From assembly GCA_048013815.1 (NCBI GenBank), contig CM106586.1, positions 1,302,001 through 1,366,000 of the forward strand: a DNA stretch of 64,000 bases, written 5' to 3'. The notes beneath the pieces are model-generated. The model had not been told where the DNA came from. It searched no databases and worked only from the letters and a program-made list of their open reading frames with translations. Positions 30,596 to 43,308 of this stretch are shown in pieces. This DNA is from Setoptus koraiensis. Taxonomy: Eukaryota; Animalia; Arthropoda. The position numbers were made by a program, and so were the translations under genes. Numbering within the stretch: the first letter of the stretch is position 1; every line of letters begins with the position of its first letter.

Positions 30596-31862
30596 TTAGG
30601 GTGCGCAGTAAGTTCTGCGTCTAGATATGAAGGACCGGTTTTTATTGACTAAAATTTCGTTCTACAATAGGTATTCACCTCCCAACTCTATGCATCGCTT
30701 CCATCTTTCACCCAGACGATCTAAACCAGACTTGTAGTAATCTGAAGATTTCGCGCCAAAATAGCTTTCTAGGGCCTCAGTGACCTCAATTTTTGTCTTA
30801 AAACTCTTTCCTGTCAAGAATTTTTTCAAATCTTTGAACAGGAAGTAATCAGACGGAGCCAGGTCTGGACTGTAGGGCGGGTGTTCAACTAATTCGAACT
30901 TCAATTCTTCGATCACAGCTCGACTGAAGTTCGAAGTGTGAACGCGCGCGTTGTCGTGCAAAAGTTTCAACTTTCGAAGAGTTGGATGTCTTCTCTCTGA
31001 CCGTCTTGCATCCTTTGCTCGCCTCATTAAATTGCTATAATATTCAGAATTTATGGTTTCTCCTCTGGGCAGAACATCAATCAGCAGAACACCTTCTGAA
31101 TCCCAAAAGATTGAAACCATTATCGACTGCCTATTTGAGGCGATTTTGGGGCGAACAGGGGGCGCCGAGCCTCGTTCGCGCCACTCAGCTCCACTTGTGC
31201 GAGTTTCCGGTGTGGACAACTTCACTATTGTCTCGTCACAAGTGATTAAAGTTTGGACAAACTCATCCCAATTCGATTTATAGAGCCTCAAATTCGACCT
31301 GCACGCACTCACGCGCTTCTTTTTTTCTTCAATTGAAAGCAATTTGGGCACCCACCGACAATTCATTTTTACCATACCAAGATCATCAGATAAAATTCTT
31401 CTCGCTGATGAAGCCGAACAATATATTCTCTCTTCGATCTCTCTTGCTGAAATTTTTGGATTTTCATTGACCAGGCTTCTTATTTTTTCGATTGTTTCGG
31501 GGGTCCGGGCCTCACAGGGCCTCCCTGATCTAGGGGCATCCTCTACACTGGATTCACCTCTTCTAAACTTCCACAACCAGCGATTGATAGTGGACATGCT
31601 TGGCGACCCATCGCCATAGGTTTCGTCCATTTCCTGTTTGATTTCGTTGGCTGATTTGCCTTTTAAAAATAGATGTTTGATGACGATTCGAAATTCGATT
31701 TTATCCATGATGCAAAATTGTTGATATTTCGACAAAAAAAAGGAGGTGAAAAACAAAAACCAGAGAACAAAGAGAGGAAAACCAGAGCAATATGCTGGTG
31801 CAATCGGGTGCAATACCGATTGCAGCATCTTACTTAGACGCAGAACTTATTGCGCACCCTAA
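30596..31862 (-). mobile_element. Full-length mariner DNA transposon, 1267 bp, 28-bp TIRs, TA target-site duplication
   Basis: Left TIR TTAGGGTGCGCAGTAAGTTCTGCGTCTA (30596-30623); right TIR (31835-31862) is its reverse complement with 1 mismatch. TA at 30594-30595 and 31863-31864. Confidence 0.97.
30662..31708 (-). CDS. Mariner DD34D transposase, intact ORF, 348 aa (N-terminus Himar1/irritans-like)
   Basis: MDKIEFRIVIKHLFLKGK; CRWVPKLL; TCDET; HDNARVH followed by 34 residues to YSPDLAPSD (spacing counted); ATG 31708. Confidence 0.95.
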   Translation of the reverse strand: MDKIEFRIVIKHLFLKGKSANEIKQEMDETYGDGSPSMSTINRWLWKFRRGESSVEDAPRSGRPCEARTPETIEKIRSLVNENPKISAREIEERIYCSASSARRILSDDLGMVKMNCRWVPKLLSIEEKKKRVSACRSNLRLYKSNWDEFVQTLITCDETIVKLSTPETRTSGAEWRERGSAPPVRPKIASNRQSIMVSIFWDSEGVLLIDVLPRGETINSEYYSNLMRRAKDARRSERRHPTLRKLKLLHDNARVHTSNFSRAVIEELKFELVEHPPYSPDLAPSDYFLFKDLKKFLTGKSFKTKIEVTEALESYFGAKSSDYYKSGLDRLGERWKRCIELGGEYLL

Positions 31863-32844
31863 TACATGTCGATACCACGCGAACTCTCCTCTTACTTCGG
31901 AAAAGTTTTCTGTCAAAATAAAATCAGCACTCACTTTGCTTGAGACTGTTTTTGTCTGTTGTTCGTCGGCTACTTGCCGGTTTGCAATAGAATTTTTAAT
32001 TGAATTGAATTTATTTTTCTGACTGGAGTAGTTATTGGAAGTGTTGATTACGACGACATAATCAAAACGATGACATAATCAAAACAAGTTATGAGGATGG
32101 AAAAGAGAACAAATGTGACGATTTAACGTTTTGTCCGAGACACTGTCCAAAAACCGAGGTGATCAGCACAGACAAGTGATAACTGAGTTATATCTGATAG
32201 AAGGGACTGCAGATGACCTATCAATTTCTAAATTAATTAATTCGGACAATTTGATCACATATAGGCCTTTTTATGTTATCAAACTACAAAAAAAAAATCA
32301 GATTACTGTTGTCTCTGATTAAATTGCAACCAATGTATCGATTTGTAGTTTTAATAATTTTGGAATCTTTTCACTACCACTTCTCAACATTTACTAGTTG
32401 CACATCATTACCTCACTATGTGCAATTCAAATAAATTATCGTGTTGATTGGCGAGATCTTTTTGCAAGACGTCTTGCCTAGTCTTTCTACTAATATCTGA
32501 TCCTTTTGAGACTGATAGCACTCAACGGGTAGAAAAACTAATATTTCATGTTGCCATCATAAAAACCTGGAAAACATCTAAAAAAGTTAGATTTGGGATG
32601 TGGTCGCAAATGGATAAGCGAATGGAGGAGGTGATAGAGAGGAGGTTATTTATAGTCGAACATTATCCACTCAATATATGACTAGCTGGTGATCTCAATT
32701 GGGATTCCATGAAAAACTAAAAATTTGTTTCATCATTTTCGCATAGCAAACATATAAAATATATCAAAACACAGTTTCTTGGCATATTATACCAGGTCAG
32801 TACAGCATTAAACATAAACCCGGAAAACGAATTATCAAAAAACT

Positions 32845-33002
32845 ATGATGTCTAAAGTACATTCCCTCAGCTTCTTCATATTGATATTGGTTGCGATTTC
32901 AATTCTTTCAAGTCATGGAAATGTGCAATTGGTCCAATGTAATGATGCAACGATTAGTAAAGACGCACTCATTGAAGGATCGCAATCTAATCAGGAATAT
33001 GA
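32845..33002 (+). CDS. 5' end of a probable secreted-protein gene, truncated by the assembly gap
   Basis: MMSKVHSLSFFILILVAISILSSHGNVQLVQC is signal-peptide-like, with A-rich Kozak context (aaaactATG). The frame runs into the N run. Confidence 0.5.
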
Positions 33003-33502
33003 NNNNNNNNNNNNNNNNNNNNNNNNNNNNNNNNNNNNNNNNNNNNNNNNNNNNNNNNNNNNNNNNNNNNNNNNNNNNNNNNNNNNNNNNNNNNNNNNNN
33101 NNNNNNNNNNNNNNNNNNNNNNNNNNNNNNNNNNNNNNNNNNNNNNNNNNNNNNNNNNNNNNNNNNNNNNNNNNNNNNNNNNNNNNNNNNNNNNNNNNNN
33201 NNNNNNNNNNNNNNNNNNNNNNNNNNNNNNNNNNNNNNNNNNNNNNNNNNNNNNNNNNNNNNNNNNNNNNNNNNNNNNNNNNNNNNNNNNNNNNNNNNNN
33301 NNNNNNNNNNNNNNNNNNNNNNNNNNNNNNNNNNNNNNNNNNNNNNNNNNNNNNNNNNNNNNNNNNNNNNNNNNNNNNNNNNNNNNNNNNNNNNNNNNNN
33401 NNNNNNNNNNNNNNNNNNNNNNNNNNNNNNNNNNNNNNNNNNNNNNNNNNNNNNNNNNNNNNNNNNNNNNNNNNNNNNNNNNNNNNNNNNNNNNNNNNNN
33501 NN
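33003..33502. other. Assembly gap (500 N)
   Basis: Run of N. Confidence 1.
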
Positions 33503-36500
33503 CCAATTGAATATTAGGCCTGACCTAAAAAGAGGAATTGTAGAAGGAGAAAGAAAAGTGGAAATGAAAAAAAAAAGGAAGAAGGATAATAACAACAAGA
33601 AAGGATCCATATAAAAGTATCAAGGGAGGGGGGGGGGGGGGGGGAGGGAAGAATAGGGGGGGTGGAGATAGGGTGGGAGAGAAGAGGGGAAAGAGAGCGG
33701 AAAAGAAGTAGAGTAATGGTGGGGGGGGTGGAGAAGTGGGGGTGAGAGGTAGAGGGGAGTGAAAGGGAAGGGGTGGGAGGGGAGGGGGAGGAAGAAGGGA
33801 TGATCTTGTTTAAGAGTTTACTTTTGAGCAAAAAAAAATGAAGGGGAGGGGGGAACCGGGCGAAGGGGAGAAAAGAGGGCGGAGGGAGAAAGAGGGGAAG
33901 AAAGGTGGGGGGGAAAAAAACAAGCATTTTATCAAAGATGGAAGGGAAGGAGGGGTGGGGGGGGGGGGACAAAAAGAACTATTTCGATGTGATTGAAGGA
34001 AAAGAAAGAAAAGAGGGGATAACTTTCTAAAACAAATATCCCGTAAAAGGAAGAATGAAATAGGAAATTTGTACATTTAGATTGCTTAGATATCATAAGG
34101 GGGAACTCTATGTGAAGTTCATAGAAGAAAAGGGAAAAAAACAAAAGAAAAAAGAAGAAAAGGAAAGAAAAGGAAGGGAAGGGGGGCGGGGCGGGAGGAG
34201 AGGAGAAAATCTGGAAAAATAAGAGAAAATGAAAAGGAAAAAGCCTGTAAAAGAAAGATTAAAAAAAAAAAAAAAGGAAAGAAAAGCGGAAAAACCCATT
34301 CTTACTAAGGGAAGAATGAAAGGGTGATGGGAGGAGAAATGGAAGAAGGGGGAGATAGAGGAAAGGGGGGGGGGGGAGGGGGGACTTCAAATAGAAAAGA
34401 TTTAAGGGGGTGGGGGGGTTTGGGGGAGGAGGAGGAGGGGGGGGGGGATATATTTGCATAATAGGTGGAAAAGAAAACCTTGGTATAATAGTTATACCAG
34501 AAAGCGGGGGAAAGGAAAGGGGTAGGGGAGGAGGATAACTACTATTTTTAAAAGAGAAGAAAAAAAAAAAGAGGAGAAGAAAAGGAAGATAATGGATCAA
34601 TAGGAAAAAGAAAGAATAAAACCATCAGATAAGTGTTACTTTAAATCTATTATTAAGTCTAGAAGCGACGGTGAGAAAAAGGGATGGGGGGGGGGGGGGA
34701 AAGAGGGGGGATAGGGGGGGGGGGGGCTTGTCTGTGGAGGGGGGAAAACTTCATAATTTCCCAAGAAGAAGAGGGAGACGAAGGGGGGAGGGGGGGGGAA
34801 AAATAAAAGTGATCACATATAAATCCTAATTCTTACATTTTTCAATACTCCTATCTGTGGAGAACGGCGGGGGAAAATTAACATCTCCTACACCAAAACT
34901 TGAAAGAGGAGATGGGAAAGAAAAATACTATCCAGAAAGAAGGAAGAGGGACAAAAATAGAGAAAAAAAGAAAAAATGGAAATGAGGAAGGGGGAAGAAA
35001 GATGAGGGGAAATATAGAGGAAACACGTCTATTAGTTGACAAATCGCTGTTTCAAAAAAATTATGAATGGGAAGAAAAAAGGAAGAAAAAGAGGGAAGGA
35101 AGAAAGGAAGGTGGGGGGGGGGGGAATGGCGGGGGGGGGGGGGGGGGGGGGGGGGGGGAGGGGGGGAAGGGGAAGGAAAAGGGAGATAAGGGGGGGTGGG
35201 GGGGGGGGGGGGGATGGAGAAGGAAGAATAAAGAAATATGGGGAAAGAGAGAACATTGAGGAAAGGGAGGGATTTCAAGGAGGGGTGGGAAGGGGGAAGG
35301 AAAAGAAGAAGGAGCAGGGGAGCGGGGGAGGGAAGGAATGTGGGGAGAAGGGGGGGGGGGAAGGGAGGGGGGGGAAAGGGGGTGGAGGGAACGGGGGGGG
35401 GAGGAGAAAAAGAATAAAGGAAGGATGGAAAAGAGGGGAATGGAAAAAAACAGAGATAAAGGGGAGAAGACATTCAAACTATTAAGGGTAAATATTTAAC
35501 ACCATCGAAAAAAAAGGAAAAACAAAAAGACAAGAAAAAAAAGGAAAGAAGTTGACATTTCCCATTGAAGGAGAAACGGATAAAGGGGAAGGGGAGAGAA
35601 GGGGATGGGGGGGGGGAATGGGAAGAGTGGGGGGGATGGGGGAGATTAGAATGGGAAAAAGATGAGGGGGGAACTTAAACAATTAAGGATTTCTAGAAAG
35701 GGAGGATTAAGTCAATTAAGACTTTATTTTAGGGGGAGATAGAGGGGGGGTGGGAGTAGGGGAAGAGGTAGGGGGGGGGGGGGGGGGGGGGGAAGGAAAG
35801 ATTGAGATGGATAAAACTTAAGAAGAATGGAGGTCGGTAGGAAGAGTATAGGGGAAAGGGGGGTGGGGGATTGGGAGACAAGAAATGAAAATACAAAAGT
35901 GGAAGCAGAAGATAAGGAAGAGGAAAGAAAAAAAAGATAATAAGACTATAAGAAAGCGTCTTGAATTTATGAAGGGGCGGAAAAATAAAAGGGGGAGAAA
36001 GGTGAGCTTAAGAGGGGAAAATAAATAAGGAGGATAATTAGAAGAAAAATGTAAATAATTAAGCATAGGGGGGGAGATAGGGGAAGGGGAGGGGTGGGGA
36101 TAGGGAAGGGGGGAAGGGGAGAATCGAGGGGAATGAGGTAAGTATGGTTGTAGGATCATAATTAGGGGTTAATATATTATGCCATGAGTATTTAAACACA
36201 TAATGAGCTCGCCTAGACGGAAGAAAGAGAAGGCTGATACAAGGCGGGAGTGAGACGAAGGGGAGATGTGGGAGGAAGATGAGAGGGGGAATGAAGGAAA
36301 GTGAGGAGAAGGTGGGGGAGAGAAGGATGAAGAATGGAGGTGGAGTGATTTGGGGGGTTATAGGGCGGGTGTGTTGGGATGGTTATAGTTTGGCTTTGAG
36401 GTTTGGAGATATGGTTGTTAGGGGGATTTGTAGGTCGAGGTGGGGCGAGGGAGTGGGGTGTGGGGTTTGTTTGGGGTAGGGGGGGTGGTGGAGTGGTTTG

Positions 36501-39500
36501 GTGGTGGTTGGCGTGGTGGTTTGGGGGGGGGATTTTTTGTTGTTTGTACCAGTTGTGTGTTGTGTTGTTGGTTCTTGATTCTGACGAGAGTTGAGGGTTG
36601 TGGGTTTGGTGGGGTTTGTTTGTGTTGGTCTGTAGAGTTTGTTTGCGTGGTGTAGTGTTGTGCAAGTGGGCGTTGCGCTGTGGGTGGTCAGTGTTTGGGA
36701 TTATTTGTGTGGTGAACAATACCTGCGGGCTGGGGAATGGTTGGGTGGGGGTGTTGATGGGTGGTTGTATGGTTGTGTTGCTGTTGCGCACAAATTCTGA
36801 AAGACATTGTTTGGTTGTAGCGGAAGAAAGAAAGTAGGAGGTAGAGTGTGCGGGTGAGGTGTTGTTTGTTTGAGATTCGTGTTGGGTATTGTGTTAGGTG
36901 GGGTTGGGGGTGGTGTGTGTTGGAAAGGAACTGTTGGTTGCGTTAGTGTGTGATGCTGTGTGGTGTTGGGGGGGGGGGTTTGGTGGGGGGTTGGTTGCGT
37001 GGGTGCTTGTTGTTGTGGTCTTGGGTTGGTGCGACTGTTGTGGTGTTTGGTTTTTGTGTGGTGGTTGCGTGTTTGGTGTGGAGTTGTTATTGTTTGTTAT
37101 ATTTAGTCTTTCTCTTGTTATAGGTTTTTTGTGTTCTTTGTTCGGGGGGGAGTGTGTGTTTGTTTTGGGTTGGTTTGGATGTATTGTTGTGTTGGTGTGT
37201 TGTGGTTGTGGGTGTGTTGTCCGTGTGTGTCGTTTTGTGGGTGGGGGAGGAGTGTTGTTGGGCTTGTGGTTTTGTGTGTGTGGTCGGTTTGTGTGGTGGT
37301 GTTGTTTGTATACCTATTGCGCGCTGTTTTTTGGATGGTGTAGTTGGCCGTTTGAGATTAGGCTTTGTCGGTATGGTTGTTGGGGTTGTTTGGAGTTGTT
37401 TTGAGGTGTTGTGGTGGGTTGATTTGGGTGGTTTCGTGTGGTCTGTTGGGTGGTTTTGGTAGGTTGTGAGGTGTGAGTGGTGTTGTGTGTTGGTTGAGGT
37501 GGTTCGGGATGTGTTTTAGTGTTTGATAATGGAGTTTCTTGTTTGTATTTTTTTTTTTTTTGATTTTGTTTTTTGTTTATATTTTATATTGTTTTTATAT
37601 TTTTGTAAACGAACATGTGTGAGAAGGTTTGAATAGAAATTAAAAAAAGAAAATTAAAGATAATAGAGAAAAGATAATAATAAAATTAATTGAATATGAA
37701 ATAAAAAAGAAAAAAAAGACTAATAAGTATTTTACAATAAAGAAAAAGTAACAAATAAAGATCATAAACATACAACTTGAATAGTGGAGAGGAAGGAGAG
37801 AGGGGAAACAGAAGAGGGAAGGAGAGAAAGAAGAAAAAGAAAGGAGATAGGAAAGTAGAAGAAGGGAAGGAGACGAAAAAGAGAGAAAGAAGAACACACG
37901 TAGTGGGGTGAGAATGAAAGAGAGGGAAGAAGAGAGATAATAGAATAAAGAAGTGAGAAGTAGGAAAGAAGAAAAGGGGGGGGGAAGTAAAGGAAAAAAA
38001 AGAGGGGGAAAGTTGATCAAGAAAGAAAGTAGAAGAAAAATGAAGGGAAAAAAAGAAAGGGGAAAAAGTAAAAAAAAAAAAAAAATTAAAAAAAGGATGG
38101 AAAAAAGGGGGGGGGGAAGAAGGGGAAGGAATGGAAAGAAAAATAAAACTAAAGTAGAAAGAGACCGAAAAAGATATAAGGATATCTTTAGGGGAGTGAA
38201 ATGGGTGGGGATGGGGAGGGGGGGGGAGAAGAAGGGATTTTAAAATGAAGAATAGATCAAGAATAAATACATATAAAAAAAAAAGAAAAGTTGGGAGGAA
38301 GGGGTATATCTAGATGGGTGAGAGGGGGGGGGGTAGGAAAGGATGGGGGGGAGGGTGGAGTAGTTGAAGTGGCATTAAGGTGATATATTGGTGATGAAGA
38401 AGTCGGAGGGATGGGTGGGGGGAAAATAGGGATAATTAGATTTAAAAATAGGATAAATAAGAAAGAAAAAAAAAATATATGGAATTGTAGTATGGTGATT
38501 GATTGGAGGGAAGGGAGTGGAATTAGGTGGTGTTTCAGGCATAGGTATGAATAGGTAAAGGGTGGGGCGTTGGATGTAGGAATGGGGGGGAATGGAGGGG
38601 ATATGGTGAGGGTAGGTAGGCGGATGAAAAAAATATAGGGGGTGGGGGGGGGGGGGGGGGGGGGGGTTGGAGGGGTGTTGTCTGAAGAGGTGGAGAAAAT
38701 GATAGTGTAGTAAAAAAAATAGCGGGGACTATGGATATATTATATTAAATGTAATTATAATTTCTAAAAAAAGTAAAATTGGAATGGTAGTATAGAAGAA
38801 ATAATTGTTAAGAAAAGGATGTGAAAAATAGAAGGGACGAGTTGTGGAAAATATTAATTTAGGGAAATAAGGAGGAATATAATAGAAAAAAAAATATAAA
38901 ACTAAAAATAAGAATAAGAGAAATAAAATGAAGGAAGAATATAAAGGTATATATTATTGATAATGAAGATCGTTATTTGTATGTTGATTTTGTTGATAGT
39001 TTTAGTGCTGCTTTTGTATTGTTTATTATATTTATTTTTTTTAGGTAGGGGTGGTTGGGGGGGGGGGAGTTGTGGGGGTGGGTGGGGTATGGTGGGGGTT
39101 TTACGTTTTGTTGTATTATTTGGAATTTATTTGCGGGTAGGGATGGTTTAGGCGGGTGTGTTATGGATATTAGTTTTGAGCGGGTGGTGAGAGTGGTTGT
39201 GTGAGCGTGGTTGTGCGATGGTGTAGTTGGGAGGAGTGATTGGTGGAGGGGTAAGGTTTACGGGTGTGAGTGTTGTGTGAGTAGGTGGGTGAATCTTGTT
39301 TTGGAATGCTGTGTGTGGGTGAGTTGGTGGTGTGGGGACTTGAGAATTGGTGGTTGTGGGTGATTGATGGGGGGTGGATGATGGGGTGAGAATGATGTAT
39401 GGTGGGGTTTGGGGTTAATTAATTTAAAGTTTTTGTGGTTTGTTTGTTTGGGTTTTTTGTTATTTTTGTTTTCTTATGATTTTGTTGTTTTTATTTTTTT

Positions 39501-39807
39501 TATTTTTGATTTTTAGTTTTTTTTTATTTAGTTCTGTGATGTTTAGGGGGGGGGGGTGGGCGTATTTTATTTTGTATTATGGTATTTATTTTGGAGGGTG
39601 GGGGTTTTGTTGTTATGTTTTTTTGTTTGAGGGGATGGTTGTGTTTGGATGGGTGTGTTGGGAGGTTATAATAGTGTTCGTTTTTATTGTGTACTAGGGG
39701 GGGGGGGGGGGTGTGGGGGGGGTGGGGCTGGGTGGGGGTGTGTAGGGGTGGGGGGGGTGGGGGGGGGGGGGGGGTGGGGTGGTGCGGGGGGGCGGGTGGG
39801 GGGGGGT

Positions 39808-39840
<33 letters not shown>

Positions 39841-42800
39841 GGGGGGGGGGGGGGTAGGTGGTGTGGGATTGTTGTTTGGGGGGGATTGTGTGTAGGATGT
39901 GAAGGATCTGAGAGGATGTAGTATTTTGGAGGGGGGTGGATATTGGGAGGGGGTTATGTGGTGGGGGTGAGGTGTGATTGGGTGTTGTTGATGGGGGGGT
40001 TGGGTGGGGTGTGGGTTGGTTGGGGGGATATAAGTTGATGGGTTGGTTGGGTTTATGGAAGTTTTTGTTATAGTTTGTGGGGATTTGGGGGGGGTGGGGT
40101 TGTGGGAGGTGAGGTGGGGTTTTCGTGTTTTCCGTTTTATATTTTTTTGGATATTGTTATTATTGGTCGTTTGGCGTTTTGTTTTGCTTATTTGTTATTT
40201 ATTATTTTTTATGAATTTGGGCGGGATATGGTGGTTTTTGATATTAATAAAATAAATGATTATTAGATCTTTGATTGCTTTAGGTACAGTATTTAAAAGT
40301 GCAACGTATGGCTAATAGGGGGAGGAGGGGTAGGGGGTAGGTGAGGTAAGTAAATAATATTAATTATATATATTACAGGAAATAGATAAAAAAATAAAAA
40401 AAAAATAAATAAAGAAAAAAAATGGAATCAGAACAAGAAAAGAAGAAAGAAAAAAAGAAAAAAAATAAAAAATGAGAAAAAAAAAAATAAAAAAAGAAAA
40501 AAAAAAATACATAAAGAAAATATGATAAATAAGATATTAAATATATAATTATATTTTTTTTTGGGGATTATGATGTAGAATGATAAGATAGTTTGTCGGT
40601 GGGTTAAGATTTATGGTTATTTTAATGAACTAGATGGCTGTGGAGTTTTGTGATGTATCATAGTGTGTTTTCGCGTTGTTTTGATTAGTTTTTCATTTCT
40701 TTTACGTATTAATGTTTCATTATATTTATTAACGCGCTAGTTATTGTTTTTTTTATATATTTGTTTTATTTTTTGTTTGGGTTTAGTTCTCATCAAATTT
40801 TATTTAAAAATATAAATAGATAATGTATAAATATAATAAGCATAAGGGGGGGGAGGAGATGAAGCTCCTATTATTAGTCTTTGTTATTTATAATATAAAT
40901 ATATAAAACTGTTGTATTTAATTTACTCTATTCAATCGTTAAGTAGGATAAAAATAAATGGGTGTATAAATTGTACGCGGTGTGAGTGAGTGGATTAGAA
41001 GGGTGGGGAACAATTAAAGTATAATATTATATAATTTAGATGCAAATATAATTATATATATAAATATAATATAAATTAAATATTAAAAGAATAAATAAAC
41101 TATATAGGGGACATAAAAAAATAACAATGGGGGAGGGAGGGTAAGAGAGGGGAAGATACGGTGGCGAGCGGGAGGGGTTGGGGGTTCCTGTAAGTTGTGC
41201 TTTGCTTTGGGGTTGAGTAGTATTTCTGACCTGGTAATAAGTAAGGAGAAGAAAGAGCGCGGGGGGGCGATGAAATAAGGTTGTATTGAAAAAAGGGGTG
41301 GGGGAAATGAAGGGAGATAAGAAAACGTGAGGAGAGGGGAGGGATTTGTTGGAGGATGAAGTGGCTTGAGAGAAGGAGGGTTCGAGGAAAAGAGGAAGGA
41401 AAGAGAGGAGAGGGTGGGGAGGCAGAAGATCGGAGAGAGTTGAGGAGAAGATGAAGAAGAGAATTGGAGGGAAGAAGTGGGAGGGGGAAGTGGGGGGTGG
41501 GTGCGGTCTTGAGGGGGTATGGGGAATGGGAGGTCACCGGGAGAGAGGAGTGGAGGGGAAGCGAGGTGGGATCATGGTGGTTAGGTAGAGGGATGAATTG
41601 TGGGTTTTATAAAAATAAATAAAAAAAATAAAAAAGAAAAAAAAAAAAAAAAAAAAAAAAAAGAAACAAAAAAAAAAAGGAGAAGGGGCCCGAGAGTGAG
41701 GAGAGCAGATACTTGAAGGCATGAAGGGATGAGAAGAAGAGAATGAGAGAATGAGGGAGAAGTGTAGGGAGAGCGGGGGAGGAAGAACGAGTCTCGCACG
41801 GGGGGTGGGAATCCGGGGGAAAGAGCGATTGGAGTGAGGAGGAGGGTGGGGGCGATAAAGAGGAGGGAAGGGAGGTGGAGGGAGAGATGATATGACTGAC
41901 TGGGGGAAAGAGAAAGTTGCGTGGACGTGGGGTTCTCGAAGAGAGACCATGAGGGGCGGGAGAAGAGGAGATGGCTGGCGGGATGATAGTAATGAGAGTG
42001 GAGGTCCGAAGAGAAAAGTTGGAGAATGAGGGGAGGAGGAGTTGAGAGAGAGAAAGGGGCGGGAGAAGGGTTAGGATCCTGGGAAGATCAAGAGAGAGAT
42101 GAGGGGTGAGTAGAGTAGAGGAGACAAGGATAGATAAAGATCCGGTGACTTCGCTGTTCTTCGATGGATGAGATTTGTTTTGGGGGGGAGAGGAGGAGCG
42201 GTCGGAGAAAAGATAGGGAGAAAGGGATTGTGAGGGGTTGATTTTGGGGTGAGAAGTGCGAGGTGCCATCCTGCGGAGGGGCGGGGGGAAGAAGAGAAGA
42301 AAGTGGAGGGAAGGTGTGTGTGAGACATAGGGGAGATGAAGAAGGAAAGGTCTGGGATTCGTGTGGTTGGGAGTGGGTGTTTGGAAGAAAGAAGAAGATA
42401 AGAGAGATGTTGGGAGACGGGGTGATGGAGGGAAACACTTTGAAGGGAGGGGAGAAGAGTGAGGGAAGGAAGAGAGTTAGAAGACATAGAGAAAAAATGT
42501 CGAGTGGAGGGGGTAGGAGGAAGGAGAGGAAACGAGGAGAGAGAAAGGTAATGAGAGAGGGACGAGTTGAAGTTCCAGGTGCAGTGAGAGAGGAGACGAA
42601 TCGAGGATATAGTTGAGAAAGAATGGAGAGGAGGTCGGCGATTGGCTGATAGGGGTTGGAGCGGAAGAACGTGTAGAGAGAAAGAGAGAGGCGACCGGAT
42701 AATGACAGAGAGAGATGAAGAGATGGGATTCGTGAGAAGCAGAGTTTAGAGAGAAAGAGAAAAGAGAAAGAGAAAGAGAAGGAGAAAGAGAAAAGAAAGA

Positions 42801-42920
42801 GATAAGAGAGATAAGAGAAAGAGATAGAGAAGAGAAGAGAAAAGAGAGGGAAAAAAGAGGAGAAAGAGAAAGAGAAAGAGAAAGAGAAAGAGAAAGAGAA
42901 AGAGAAAGAGAAAGAGAGAA
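33503..42920. other. Low-complexity, C-depleted stretch, probably uncorrected low-quality long-read sequence; ends in an (AGAAAG)n microsatellite
   Basis: Alternating GA-rich, GT-rich and AT-rich blocks with long G and A homopolymers and no recognisable motif or codon structure. It abuts a gap, and the repeat becomes progressively perfect toward 42920. Confidence 0.8.
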
Positions 42921-43308
42921 AATAGGAGTTAGATAGTTTTCAACTAAATATAGATACCGTTCTCCGGCCATCATATGCACCAGCACACCAACGGCAATTC
43001 TAATTTTAAGCTAGACCACGCGAAGATCTGACACAATTCAGCACTCACTTATAATCAGTGACAAATATCGCACAAATCTAACCATCTTCTCGTTTCATTT
43101 CCAATTCCTGTAAATTCACTTGAATGGCAGCCTGATTTAAAATCTGCTAATTAAGCGACAACAACGGCAAAAACAACAGTTTATATCGCTTTATTGTCAG
43201 TCGCTTCATTCATCATTTGATTGGCAGCCAGCTCCATGGATAAACAAACAACGACTTAATGATTGGGACGAAAGAGAAACTAGCTCGCCGTTTGTCCAAT
43301 TCGTCGTC

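Larger units (their letters stand above)
29980..31940 (-). mobile_element. Decayed Mutator-like (MULE) transposon, interrupted by the mariner at 30596-31862
   Basis: Minus frame reads WFAKYYVVGRRVGRGRRPPQFPPGTWSVTDVMDANLPRSQNSLEACH...FRDEQ, the MULE C-terminal pattern (F..Y+G..RR.P.FPP..W...PRTNN..E.WH). Removing the mariner restores STCTYHYKLWR (CxxH). In-frame stops are present. The left end carries CTCGA at an exact 15-bp period (29996, 30011, 30026, 30041). Confidence 0.75.

Noticed and set aside
33514-42986. Dozens of Pro/Leu/Phe/Ser- or Gly/Lys/Val-rich ORFs
   Set aside because: They are by-products of low-complexity, probably artefactual sequence that lacks stop codons by composition; none has a domain signature.
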